From Octopus bimaculoides (taxonomy: Eukaryota), in contig NC_068987.1 in NCBI RefSeq assembly GCF_001194135.2, positions 13,917,747 to 13,981,746 on the forward strand: a stretch of 64,000 bases of DNA. Reading direction: 5' to 3'. The notes under the pieces were generated by a model. That model worked only from the letters and a program-made list of their open reading frames with translations. It did no database searches and was not told the origin of the DNA. The position numbers were made by a program, and so were the translations under genes. Below, one piece after another: positions 1 through 13,747 of this stretch. Each line of letters starts with the position of its first letter. Position 1 is the stretch's first letter.

Positions 1-41
1 TTATTATTATTATTATTACTATCATCATCATTATTATTATT

Positions 42-840
42 AAGGTGGCCAGACAAAATGTTACTAAACATTTTGTCTGTCTTTATGTGCTAAGGTTATC
101 TTCACCCATCATCATTTTGTGGTCTATAAAGTAAGTACCAGTCAGGTATTGGAGTCAATGGAATTGACTTCACAGCCATCAAAAACTGCTGGCTTTGTGC
201 CGGAATTTGAAATCATTATTATCATCATTATTATTGTAGGGCAGTGAGCTGGCAGAATTGTTAGCACACTGGGCAAAATGTTTAATGGCATTTCGTCTGT
301 CTTCAGATTTTGAGTTCAAATTCCACCAAGGTTGACTTTGCCTTTCATCTTTTCAGGGTTAATAAAGTAAGTACCAGTTACGAACTGGGGTCAATGTAAT
401 CTTCTAACCCCCTCCCAGCAAATTTTTGGCCTTGTGCCTATAGTAGAAAGGATTATCATTATTATTATTAAGGCAGCGAGCTGGCAGAATTGTTAGCGCG
501 CTGGACGAAATGCTTAGCAGTATTTTGCCTGTCGGTACATTCTGAGTTCAAATTCTGCCGCGGTCAACTTTGCCTTCCATCCTTTCGGGGTCAATTAAAT
601 AAGTACCAGTTACACACTGGAGTTGGTGTAATCGACTTAATCCCCCTCCCCGAAGCTGCCCTTGTGGCAAAAATTTGAAATCATTACTATTATTATCAAT
701 ATTTTTCCACCAAAGTCAGCATTACCTTTCATCTTTCCGGGGTTGATAAAAGAAGTACCAGTCAAGTACCGAGGGTGATGTAATCAACTTACTCCCCCCT
801 CTCAAAAACTGTTGGCCCTGTACCAAAATTTTAAACCATT
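42..840 (+). mobile_element. Head-to-tail array of four family-A SINE copies/fragments separated by (ATT)n
   Basis: Repeated gagctggcagaa..ctttgcctttcatc..aagtaccag blocks starting at about 42, 239, 471 and 700. Confidence 0.85.
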
Positions 841-3800
841 ATTATTATTATTATTTGGTATTAATTATTTTAAATCAATGTTATTGAAATAGTGTACTTA
901 AGAGTTCGATTTGAACGAGATTTCAGGAATGTATTTCATGATATGTCAACAATACGTTTTATAGAATTTTTTTTTTTTTTTTTTTTTTAATAATTTATTT
1001 TTCCCGTTCAATACTTTTGGTTTGTTGATTGATGCATGGGTTCTTTCTTTTAATTTTTCTGAAAGCTTAATGTTTTATTCCCATTTTAAGCCAGTGTTTT
1101 TCTCTTTCTGCACTTAGGGATGCTCAAAATTTTGTCAATCAAAACAAAAAATCAATATGATTGTTCTTATTTGTTGTCATGAAAAGAAATAACAACAAAA
1201 ATGTATTATTGTATTTTGTCTTTTTAGTGTTCTTAAATCTACTTATTTTCTTTACAATATTTATTTGTAATCTTCAATTATAATTTTCAATTATTTTTAC
1301 AAATCCTTTTTATTTTCATATGACAGAAGTTTCTCACAAATCTCCTCTTGCATTTTCAAGTTTTGCTTGTATTTGACTTCAGTTTGTCTTCTTGAAGGTC
1401 ATCACTGACACATACACACACACATATTATATGTTTTTGCTGATTTTTGGTGTACTGATGTAAGTTGCTGTCTTCCTTAGTTTCAAAACTATGCTCGTCA
1501 AAGCGATTATAATCAGTCGATCCATTGAGAATATATTTACTTTGAGGATTTAGAAATTCCCACTGGAATATACCACAAAGGTTATCTCTGACAACAATTG
1601 AATTCAGAAACATTAGAGTATGCATTAAAATTTGAAATATCACAGTTATGAACCATCTACTGTTAATAGCTTGATATGGGGTAATGCTAATAGTTATTAG
1701 CTATTCTTAACAGTTTTATGTCTATTTTATACTCTTGAAGAAAATGTCAAGCTGGCAGAAATATTGGAATCTCAGACAAAATGCTTAGTGGCATTCCTTC
1801 TGGCTCTTTATGTTCTCAGTTCAAATCCTCATGAGATCAACTTTGCCTTTCATCCCTTAGTCAAGTAATTGATTGCCCCTCCTCTCAATATTATTGGCCT
1901 TGAAAAGGCAGTGAGCTGACATTATCATTAGCACATCAGACAAAATGTTTAGTGGCATTTTGTCCATCTCTACATTCTGAGGTCGACTTTGCCTTTCATC
2001 CTTTCAGGATCAATAAGTACCAGTTGATCACTGGGGTCAATGTAATCAACTTACTCCCTTCTCCAAAATTGCTGGCCTTGTAACAAAATCTAAAACCAGA
2101 TTTTGTATCCTGTTCAGGGTGAATGTTGTGAATCAGTCACTTTATAAGCCATGAAAACTGGGTAACTGGTCCTAGAGCTCAAGATAAAAAATTATTTTAA
2201 ATAATAATAAAATGCTCTACAAATCAGAGGTTAGCCTGAGCTGTGGAATTTTTTCAATGAGTTCATGAAAGATCATGTATCATAAATGTTAGCTGACAAT
2301 TTAGAAAAAAATTCATGCTATGTGGCTGTGGTAGGGTCTTATTCGATTAGCTGTCTGATTATTTGAAACCTGTCTTGAGTTGAACTTAGAACATGTTATT
2401 CTGGTCTCTTTCACTGCAAAATAATGTTATTGTAATAATGTAACTAGCATTCTTCATTTATTAATCAGAATTAAGTTTTCCTTTTGAACTATATTCCTTC
2501 GTTGTATATCTATAGCAGTTGTCTTGATAAATCATGTGCATGGTGAACAATGGTATCAGTAATTAATTTGCTCACTGAAGTTACTAGAGCCACAAGCTCT
2601 TGTTAGATTTATTAGTCCAGAGTGTCTTTGGCTGATAAGACACAATAATGTCAAAACACTGGATGTCCCAGAGTCCCTTTATATTAAAGAATCGAGTGTA
2701 TTATGAACACACAATCATTTGAAAGTTGTTGTTCTCCTATCATGAAACACAACAAAGATTAGCATATTCCTGCTTGAATCTGCAGGTATGTATTAGGAAT
2801 GAATATGCAAATCATCTATTGATGGTGAACTGGCAGAATTATTAGCATGCTGAGCAAAATGCTTAGTGGTATTTTGTCCATCTTTACTTTCTGAATTCAA
2901 ATTCTGGTGAGGTCAACTTTGCTTTCATCCTTTCGGGTTTGATAAAATAAGTACCAGTTGAGCACTGGGGTGAATGTAATCAACTTAATGGCTCTTGGGT
3001 ATGAATATAAACTACATCCCTCTGTCAAGCAGTGTTAAGCCAGTGTGGTAGAGGAGGCTCATCGAACCAGTAAGATCTCAAGCCATTACTTGGAAGGGGG
3101 AACATGCTGAGGCCTTCATCCTGCAGTGAACTGAACATAGGTAATACAGTTCAATCCAAAATACGCAAGTCATTTAGTCTTAATATTCTTGAGTAAAGTG
3201 TCTCTTGTTTGTATTGGTTGTAATAATTACCCATGTTGATTCTTCCTCTGCCTCACAAGATCTTAGATTCCTTCTGGTTGACTGCTAGTTTATGAGGTTC
3301 TATAGTGTTTTGGTCAAAAAACATTGATGAAAAGAACACCTATGTGATGCTTCTGTCATAGGGAATTTAAAACATTTAAAATTTCAACTATTCAAAGTAG
3401 TTTTCCTTTGTTTTTCTTTTTGTTTTTTTTCTAAACTGACAGCCATTTTTTTCAAGGCTAGCAAGTTTTGTGTGTGTGTGTTTCAATTTGAAAACTTGTG
3501 CATTGGTTTAGCAGTTTATTTAAAGTTTAGTTACCCATCACCTCAAACGACTTGAATAATTGGTACCTGTTTGTTAGCCAGACAAAACTTCAGTTTCGCA
3601 ATAGTCATATGTCTTGTTAAAAAGCACAAAGCAAAAAGCTTTATCTTAGTTTGAACAGATGTAGTTAGTACAGCACTTTAACACTATAGTCTTTATATCT
3701 CCTTAATTCCTTAATTTTTCCTCAGATGTCTCTTCTAAAATTTTTAATAAAGTATTGCATGTGTATTTCTCTGAGGTATATTATTTTTAGTTGTTCTAAT

Positions 3801-4037
3801 AAGTTTGTTTCATGAATAATTGAAATTTTTGCTAGTTTTTGTGTTCTTTATAATTTTTCTCACTTGTGTCTGTGTGCGTGTATGTGGGTATGTATTTTAC
3901 CCCCTATTCTATAAATTTGTATTTTTATGCAATTAATATATAATTGTTTAAACAACTGGTTGTATATCTTATTTATATTTAGTCTTTATTGCATAAAATT
4001 AATAATATTCTTTTTCAGCTAAAAAAGATTATTATTA

Positions 4038-4093
<56 letters not shown>

Positions 4094-4454
4094 TCTGCAA
4101 GAGATTGCATGCTATTTTATCTTAGACCCTTTATTTTCCCTATTCAATGGCCCTCCCCTTCCTCATCCCCGATCCTTTACATATATATACACACACACAA
4201 ATATAGATGTGCATACATTCACAAACATGCACCCATGCAAATTTAGAAGAAATACCTTTATTTCATAATTCATTTTATTTGTCTCTCACGTACATACATA
4301 ACTTTATTTTTGGTTTTGTTTAAATCTTCACCAACACATTTAGACCCACTCCACCAGATTTGACTTTGTCGACTTTTTTAACGATTTTAAAAAACAAACA
4401 ACAACAACAGAAACAACAACTTCAACAATGATCTTGTATTAACTTATTTTTCAG

Positions 4455-4481
4455 AAGTTTCTCCAGGCCCGCCTCCTCCAG
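4455..4481 (+). CDS. Candidate 27-nt C2CD5 microexon (E-VSPGPPPP), phase 1-1
   Basis: aacttatttttcag / gtgagc; GC-rich island in AT-rich intron; length divisible by 3; phase matches the acceptor at 12481. No expression evidence. Confidence 0.6.
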
Positions 4482-5143
4482 GTGAGCTGTGGTACCAACT
4501 GCTATTTATGGGTAGTCTTGTCTCTAGTCAGTGTTGTTCTGTTCGTACGTACATAGGGTGTTGTTGTTTAGTGCAAAAATATTCTTGTCACCAGATGCAT
4601 TAAGTAAAGCTGAAACCACCCTTCTTGCAACAAACTCCTGCTTCATTGTGAAACCAGTCAACTATGTTTCTTATCTGTTGCTATACAACCCAAGTTCTCT
4701 TACTCAGTCTAGAAAGTTTATTTTGTTTCACTGTTGTTCGTTGTTTCTTTTTTAATTTTTTTTTTTTAATGGTCAGAAGAAGAAGAAAATGAAAATATTT
4801 TTCTGCTTTTGTAAGTTAATTTTCTGAAATGCATTGTTTCTTACACAATATGAAGTTTCCGGATTATGGAGCTGTTATTGCTTATTGACCTCATATTTCA
4901 TGTTTTGTTTCTGTGTTCAACTCCATATTTTGATGCCTCCATTCTTTGATTGCCCTATTATACATATAGATATGTCCTGTGGCTGGTATACAATTACACA
5001 CACACACGAAAAAAATGATCAAAGACCTTTCTCAAAGCAAAGGCTCATAAGATCGATTTCCCAAATTCTGTGGCAAAGTTCTGTGTACACACAATTACTA
5101 TGAGTTATTGCGTTTTTATAGCAGTGAAACCATAAGGCTATAA

Positions 5144-5183
<40 letters not shown>

Positions 5184-6002
5184 TAATTATTGAATGACAA
5201 AGGAACATGAATTATGTAAACAACTTCACTAGCTTACAGCTGTTTCTATTGTGAAAATGCGCTGAGAGATGAGTGTCTGTGCAACATCTCATAACTTCCT
5301 CAGAGCCATTAAAATGAAGTGTATGTTTATTTCAGAAAACATTTAAATGCATAATGATAACCTTTGGAACCCTGTATATGCATAAATGATATTATACATA
5401 CATACATGAATGTATGAACACATGAATATATCTACATTTCTATGAAATGCAAAATTACAGCCATAAACTTATACACTCAAATATGTATGTATATGCTTTA
5501 TATGTACTTATAAATAAGAACAGGGTAACTGAGGACTATCTCTTATCACAGTTTGATCAAAATGTGTTGAACAGAGATACATGTTATATAAGGTTATTAG
5601 ACCAGAAATTTTTAATTACTTTTCCTGTTTTTGACAAATTATTCAATTTCTATTTAAAAAAAAAGTCTTCAACCCTTCTGTTACCATATTTCTGTTGAAA
5701 TACAGTGCTTTTGTTTCAATTAATTTTGAAAATAATGAAGAATTTAGTAAACTAATTTTGTCATTATTAAACTGGTGTTTGAAACATAAATTAACATAAA
5801 ATTTTGAAGAAAGGCTTTAATTTGGATCACTGTAAAAAAGCAAGTTTATATCATAGAACCAAGGGTGATCTTGGGTGGCTTTGTATCAAAAAGGTTAACT
5901 CATCAACTGAAAATATTTGTTTAAATTTCTGTATTTTAGTTACATACAAAAGTATCAAGAAANNNNNNNNNNNNTGAGTATATTTTTGTTTTTTGTGTTA
6001 AG

Positions 6003-6017
6003 TGCCTAGCGCAGGAG
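6003..6017 (+). CDS. Candidate 15-nt C2CD5 microexon (V-PSAG), phase 1-1
   Basis: ttttgttttttgtgttaag / gtaggc; symmetric and GC-rich. Confidence 0.4.
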
Positions 6018-8022
6018 GTAGGCTCTTGCTAAACTGAGCCTGCAATGCCGTTTCCATTCGTGGCTGAAGATAGTTGCTAATTCATTTTTCTTATGCTGCT
6101 GTTGCTCTTTATAACAATCATCATTGTCAAAAAATCACAACCATATATATACTTTATATATATATATATATAAAGTTTAAGCTTTATAAAAAATAATTAA
6201 TTTTCTGTTACAATTTTGAGTCCTTATTAGCTTTCTGGAAACTTATCTTCATATCTAATCTGGCGTATAGCCATTTTTTTTTTTATCACTAGGAAAGGTC
6301 ATTTTGATTATGAATATCAAAGCTAAACACTTTTTTTTTAATGGATAAAATTGTTAATATATGAAATAATCTACAGTGTGTTGGTGTATCTCAAGCAACT
6401 TGGTTAGAGTATAGAATAAAATATTGCCTGTGTGGTTAAATACCATAAATGGGAGAGGCTACAACAGAAAGATTATGTCATAAAGTATAAGAATGTGTGT
6501 GTGCAACAAAGCCTCCATAAACTAGAAACCCCTAAACAAGTATTACCCTCACCAGAATTAGAATCCCTATGAAGGACAATTCCAGCCATTGGGAAATATT
6601 ACCTTGCTTGGAAACCAGTTAGGTTTGGCAACAGGAAAGGCATCCAGCCATAGAAAATCTGCCTCATCAAATTCCACTTGACCCATCAAGCATGAAAAAG
6701 TAGATGTTAAAATGATGATGGTGATGATGAATATAGAGTAAAACCATTCTGGTACACACATGCACACACACACAATTTTATACCTTTACTGCCCTTCCAT
6801 ATGAATGAATTAACACTCCCCTTTTCACCTAATACACAATGATGCCATTCAGATTACCCACCCCTCACTGATTCGGTGTCATCATTCTTGAGGAGTTAAT
6901 TTTTTTTATTTCTGTCTTTTGTAACTTTAAATGATTTGAGTCAATTTTGTTTTGAATATTTGAATCATTAAAAATTGGAAACCTGCTTTTATGAGAGGTT
7001 GAATGAAGAGAATGGATAGAACTGAGGTGGTCTACACAGTATTTCTCGACCATTTTTTGCCTGTGGTACCCTTTTGATCCCTAATTTACTGGAATGGACC
7101 TCCTAGCCATTCATTATTTAAAAAATTATGTTTTTATAATTAAATATAATTAGGAATTGTATTTAAAAAAGGTTTAAATATTTGGTGTACTGTAGAAGCA
7201 TAAGCAATTTACTGCACATAAATTTCAAAAATAAAATCCATGTGGACCCCAAAGGATCATATGAAACTTGGTTGAGAATCACCAGTCCTAACAATGTTGA
7301 CCCAATAGGGGGACCAGCTATCCAAATTGACAATAGTTAAGGGAGCAGGTATGACTGAGGATATGAAAGCAAAGAAAACAGCATAATCCATGACGAATAG
7401 TTTCTGAGATAAACATCACTGTTGTAAAGCATAGCTGTGTGGTTAAGAAGCTTGCTTTGCAACCATGTGGTTTCAGGTTCAGTCCCACTGCACAGTACCT
7501 TGGGCAAGTGTTTTTTTACTATAGTCTTGAGCTAACAAATGCTTTGTGAATGAATTTGGTTGTTGGAAACTGTGGAAGCCCATTGTGTGTGTGTGTTTTT
7601 TTTTCCTCATCACACTGCTTGATGGCAGGTGTTGCTTTATTTATATCCCTGTAACACACACACACATGTGTGTGTAAAAGAAACAGCATGACCCTTTTCC
7701 ATGAGCAAAAGTATGTATTGCTTGTAGGCCTATGGCTGAGTAACCCCATTGTCTCATAGCGGTTGTCTTCAATTGCTCCCTATCCTGCCCTCCTCCACTA
7801 CTATATTCTAGCTATAATCAATTAACAAAGAAACAAAAGGAAATATTCTTACCTTTTTTTTTTTTCCTGTTTACATTTTCATGATTTCCTTTGACAATGA
7901 ATTGTGAAAAACGGTGTGCTCTGAGATAGCCTGATAGCATTCAAAAGCTTTCAATGTTATGATGTTCTCTCTAATTGCAATTTTCATTTAACATCTTTAG
8001 TTCTTTTTTTTTTCTTTTCTGA

Positions 8023-8721
8023 NNNNNNNNNNNNNNNNNNNNNNNNNNNNNNNNNNNNNNNNNNNNNNNNNNNNNNNNNNNNNNNNNNNNNNNNNNNNNN
8101 NNNNNNNNNNNNNNNNNNNNNNNNNNNNNNNNNNNNNNNNNNNNNNNNNNNNNNNNNNNNNNNNNNNNNNNNNNNNNNNNNNNNNNNNNNNNNNNNNNNN
8201 NNNNNNNNNNNNNNNNNNNNNNNNNNNNNNNNNNNNNNNNNNNNNNNNNNNNNNNNNNNNNNNNNNNNNNNNNNNNNNNNNNNNNNNNNNNNNNNNNNNN
8301 NNNNNNNNNNNNNNNNNNNNNNNNNNNNNNNNNNNNNNNNNNNNNNNNNNNNNNNNNNNNNNNNNNNNNNNNNNNNNNNNNNNNNNNNNNNNNNNNNNNN
8401 NNNNNNNNNNNNNNNNNNNNNNNNNNNNNNNNNNNNNNNNNNNNNNNNNNNNNNNNNNNNNNNNNNNNNNNNNNNNNNNNNNNNNNNNNNNNNNNNNNNN
8501 NNNNNNNNNNNNNNNNNNNNNNNNNNNNNNNNNNNNNNNNNNNNNNNNNNNNNNNNNNNNNNNNNNNNNNNNNNNNNNNNNNNNNNNNNNNNNNNNNNNN
8601 NNNNNNNNNNNNNNNNNNNNNNNNNNNNNNNNNNNNNNNNNNNNNNNNNNNNNNNNNNNNNNNNNNNNNNNNNNNNNNNNNNNNNNNNNNNNNNNNNNNN
8701 NNNNNNNNNNNNNNNNNNNNN
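8023..8721. other. Assembly gap (other gaps: 5963-5974, 30772-30781, 32924-33105, 47086-47403, 47874-48236, 60498-61275)
   Basis: Runs of N. Confidence 1.
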
Positions 8722-8731
8722 TATATATATG

Positions 8732-8762
<31 letters not shown>

Positions 8763-8769
8763 GTATATA

Positions 8770-8819
<50 letters not shown>

Positions 8820-9056
8820 TATAGTACTGGTCAAATAGTCAGACTGATATAACTGTCTGTTCCCGTCCCCTGAATTTCTATCCTTGTTCCTATTTTAGAA
8901 ATTACTATTGTTATTGCTGTTTGTAGAGAAGTGGTTGCTTTCCATTGGTCTTAAGAAGCTATGTGCTTGTTGCCTTATGTCTCTTGTCTAGTAATCAACA
9001 GTTGTACCACAATTGTTATCTTGGAAGATATACCTCTGTGTATGTTTGTATGTACG

Positions 9057-9104
<48 letters not shown>

Positions 9105-9252
9105 CATGCACGCAAGCATTAAAATTAAATACACTTATATGCGTAGTAATCTCATTGCAAATTGGTTTATTTTTCTTCTTATTGCTTTTGAGTTTGGTTG
9201 TTATTTTTTTATTATTATTATTATTTTCTTCTCGTGTCGTCATTGTATAAAG

Positions 9253-9344
9253 TGAAACTGGATACTGGGTGTCAGAGCAGCAGTGGGCATGGCGGTTATG
9301 TTAATGGCGGTTATGTTAATGGCGGAGCTTGTGATAGCAATTAA
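9253..9344 (+). CDS. Candidate alternative terminal exon (V-KLDTGCQSSSGHGGYVNGGYVNGGACDSN*), phase 1
   Basis: Pyrimidine tract and aag acceptor; Gly/Ser-rich open frame to TAA; AATAAA at 9596 and 9796. Confidence 0.3.
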
Positions 9345-12300
9345 AACAAAAACAACTGTGATTCCATGCTATAACTATGGCAGTTATGAGAGTAGTTACT
9401 TATCTAGAACATGAATTCATTTAAAATTGATAAGATTTTATTCCTCTCTGTCTGTTTCTCTCTCTTCCTCTTTCTCACACACACACACATACAATCCATT
9501 GACAGATTATAAACCTCAGCTGTACATCAAATGTTTCATGTATCTATGGTAGATACTCTTCCATATATTTCTCAAAATGTTAGTTAACACTTAGTAATAA
9601 ATATTCTTCATGATATATTATTTAGAAAGATTTGAATCTCATTTCATATAGATGCAGGTAACCAACCAAATGGCCACAGAGAGAAAATTAGTCTCCTTTC
9701 CTGTAAAGAAGTTTTATTAGTTTACATCTGATAATATATCTTTTATGTTGCTAATCTAAATCAGCAGATTTGCAATATTTTTATCTATTTTTTTAAATAA
9801 ATATTTTTCTTTTTCTTTTTCCTTTAGCTTTAGCTTTTATATTTGCTCATGTTTATCTTAAGATGAGTGTTCCTAATTATATTCAAACACAGATTTCTTC
9901 ATATAAAAATATGTACATGAATAAAATGCTTGGTCACGTACACATGTAAGTGACCAGCATTTGGTACTGTGCAAAAGCTAGTATAGGGATCACATGTGCA
10001 CTCTGTGTGTGTGTGTGTGTGTGTGTAGCTTAGCAAAATGTTTAAGAAGTTCACTTCAAAATCTTGTACCTGCTTTAATCCCTGACATCTTGAGTGTGAG
10101 TCTTTTACCTATAATCTTTATGTTTACATTGTACAAGAGTAGAAATAATTGGGAAACAGAGTCAATACCTTTACATTTTGAGCTGAAAAATCTTGCTAGG
10201 ATAATTTTGGCATTTCATGCTCCTGGGATCATTAAAATAGATACCAATAGGATTCTAATCAGGCAAGTGTCTTCTGCCATTGTGTTATGTCAGTCATAGC
10301 TCGCCAACAAAATTTGCTAAATGGAAACTGTATAGAAGCCCATGAGAGGGATCATACTTGTTCTTGGGTGATAGATTTAACCCATTTAGCATTCAGATTA
10401 CTCTGTCAAATGTAATGCTTATTCATATTGTTTTGAATTTATGTATTATCTCATAGTTATGTGATTTTGATGATCTGATTGTTTATTTTTAGAATGGCAT
10501 TGTAGGGTAGGTGTGAGAGACCAAATGTGGCCAGTTTGAAAATAAAACAGATACAATATTTGGGCTTGATATGGTCAGTTTAAATACTAAAGTGTTAAGC
10601 TGTCATCCACCTCCTGGCCCTTGAAAGTGTTTTAGTAAAGTCCATTGTATTTGAAGAAATTGAGCCATATCTCTGGTTTTAGAATAACTTCTGGTTTTCC
10701 TCTCACTAGTCTTGGAGTCCGTAAAAAGGTCATAGGTACTGTCTTTTCTCCTCTGATTAATCCATTTACCAGTGATTGGCAGCTATATGCTGGTTCTTGG
10801 TAATGAGATTGTGTAGAAAAACATGAATGGCATGATATGTGAAGAGGGGGTGATAGGAAGGAGACAGGATAATGGAAGTTAGGAAAAGTGATGCATATTA
10901 ACAATTAGTGAAGGTGTAATGTGTGTGTGTGTGTGTGTGAGAGAGAGAAATGAGGGATATCAATGAAGATGATAAGAGAGTGGAGAGAGAAAGAGTGTGA
11001 TGGCTAGTAGCATGGTAGAGAATATGCTGGACATTGAATATGAACAGTGCACAAGCGTTCATATTAGAGATGAGAGATAGAAATATAAAGGCTGATAATG
11101 AAGAAAATAGTGTGAGATTGAATACAAGTAGATTCGGCATCATCCCTTGCTACACAGATGGTACACCCCCTAAAAAGTGAATTGTGCTGATGTGATGTAG
11201 CATCATATAAGCCTGGTAGTTATTCTCTTGGTTGCTTTTGCTGAACCACTAAGTTACAGGGACGTAAGCACACCAACACCTGTTCTCAAGCGGTGGTTGG
11301 GGACAAACACTGACACACACACACACACACACACATATGTATATATGATGGGCTTCTTTCAGTTCCCATCTACCAAATCCACTCACAAGTCTTTGGTTGG
11401 CTCCAGGTTATAGTACAAAACACTTGCCCAAGGAGCCATGCAGTGGGACTGAACCTGGAACCATGTGGTTTGAAAGCAGTCTTCTTACCATACAGCCACG
11501 CCTAGTCCTAGAGATTGTATTATACAGTAATAAACTACTACACCAATGGGCTAATGCTCTCATCTTCTATATAGAATGATCATACACACATGCTCTCTCT
11601 TATATGTGTGTGTGTGTGTGTATGAGTGCATGTGCGGTAGTACATTTTCTTTTTATATTTCATCATTTTAGCTTTATTTTTCAAACATGAACTGCAGTTC
11701 CTGTAATTACTCAAATGTCATTTTAGAGAGAAAAAAAACAAAAAACATTTCGTCAATTGATAGTAACTAAGCGATTATTGGGTAAAATGAAAATATTTCA
11801 TACTTTGTTATTTCCACAGATAAAAACAAAAATTAAATTAAAATGAAGAAAAATTATTGATGATGATGACGATGATGATATTAATAATAATAAGTTTTTC
11901 CTGTTCAACTTGAATAGTTTCAGTGGTTAGGCTTAACCTTCTGTCTTCCGGAACCGTCCACCCTCCAATGCATTTGCCAATTGCTGATAATGTTACCAAG
12001 TTTTTTGCTGTTAGTCTTACAATACATTCCAATACATATATATATATATAAACATACACATATGCACACATGAATGCATGGACATGTGTACTCACTAATA
12101 AACATACACATATAGACATGCATGTAGAAAATATCCACACAAATTACACAATCACTCACACTGGCATACACACCAACACATGTGCAAATATAAATGTCTA
12201 GAAATGCTTGCCTCTCTTGGATGTTATACAAGATACATTTTTTTTTTTTTTTGGTCAGTATAATTTGATTCAGAATTGTTTTTTTTTTTTTTAATTTTTA

Positions 12301-12480
12301 TTCCACCCCCTCTTTTTCTTTTCATATTTTCTCTCTCGCTCCTCTCCGCATTCCTCTATTCCACCGAACACACATCTCCCTTCCCTGACAACCTTTCATT
12401 TTTAGTGTTTTATATTTGTTGATGCCTTCATTTTGTCTTTAGTTAAGTTGAATTTTGGCTTGATTTGCTGTGACTCGCAG

Positions 12481-12602
12481 GGGGTAGTCTGACAGGAAGC
12501 AGTGGGAGTGGGAGTGGAACTGGAGTCCTGAGTGGAATTTCTGGGAGAGCGGCAGGAAACAAACCAGGGATGCCGCAAACACAGCCAACCATTGACATGT
12601 TG
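12481..12602 (+). CDS. C2CD5: C2CD5 exon (GSLTGSSGSGSGTGVLSGISGRAAGNKPGMPQTQPTIDML), phase 1-0
   Basis: Acceptor gactcgcag, donor gtaagc. Positionally equivalent to human GMGSGSAG...QTQSALEQR; phase fits the next exon. An upstream in-frame TGA at 12471 excludes the earlier AG. Confidence 0.85.
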
Positions 12603-12648
12603 GTAAGCCCTGCTGTTTTTTGTCTTTTAATTCTCTCTCTTTCTCTCT

Positions 12649-12747
<99 letters not shown>

Positions 12748-13678
12748 TCCTTTTTTGTATTCTGCTTATATTTGTTTTTCTACATATCTTGAAACCTTAC
12801 ATAATGTTAGTAACAATTATAATTATATTACTTATAATTCTCTATGTGTTTGTTGATTGGTGGAACTGTTAGATCATTGGACAAAATGCCATATTATTTA
12901 GTTATAGTCCTTTACATTCTAAGCTCAAATCTTGCTGAAGTCAGCTTTGCCTTAGAATCTTCCATGATAGATAAAATAAACTATCAGTCAGGTACTGGAG
13001 TCAATATAATCAATACTTCCTTCCGCTGAGTTTTCTGACCTTGTGCCTTTGTTGGAAACTATCATTATTATTATATTAAGCTGACGAGCTGGCAGAATCA
13101 TTAACACATCAGGTAAAATGCTTAGTGGTATTTCACCCATCACTATGTTCTTAGTTCGTGGAGGCGCAATGGCCCAGTGGTTAGGGCAGCGGATTCGTGG
13201 TCATAGGATCTCGGTTTCGATTCCTAGACCGGGCGTTGTGAGTGTTTATTGAGCGAAAACACCTAAAAGCTCCACGAGGCTCCGGCAGGGGATGGTGGCG
13301 AACCCTGCTGTACTCTTTCGCCCCAACTTTCTCTCACTCTTACTTCCTGTTTCTGTTGTACCTGTATTTCAAAGGGTCAGCCTTGTCACACTGTGTCATG
13401 CTGAATATCCCCGAGAACTACGTTAAGGGTACATGTGTCTGTGGAATGCTCAGCCACTTGCACGTTAATTTCATGAGCAGGCTGTTCCATTGATCGGATC
13501 AACTGGAACCCTCGACGTCGTAAGTGATGGAGTGCCAACAACATGTTCTTAGTTCAAATTCCACCATGATTTTGCCTTTCATCCTTTCGGAGTCGATTAA
13601 ATAAGTACCACTTACTCACAGGAGTCGATGTAATCGACTTAATCCTTTCCCCCAAATTTGAGGCCTTGTGTAGAAAGG

Positions 13679-13747
<69 letters not shown>

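Noticed and set aside
7760-7890. Phase-1 open frame containing CPPP after tctcatag
   Set aside because: Weak pyrimidine tract, no donor, and it runs into low-complexity T-rich sequence.
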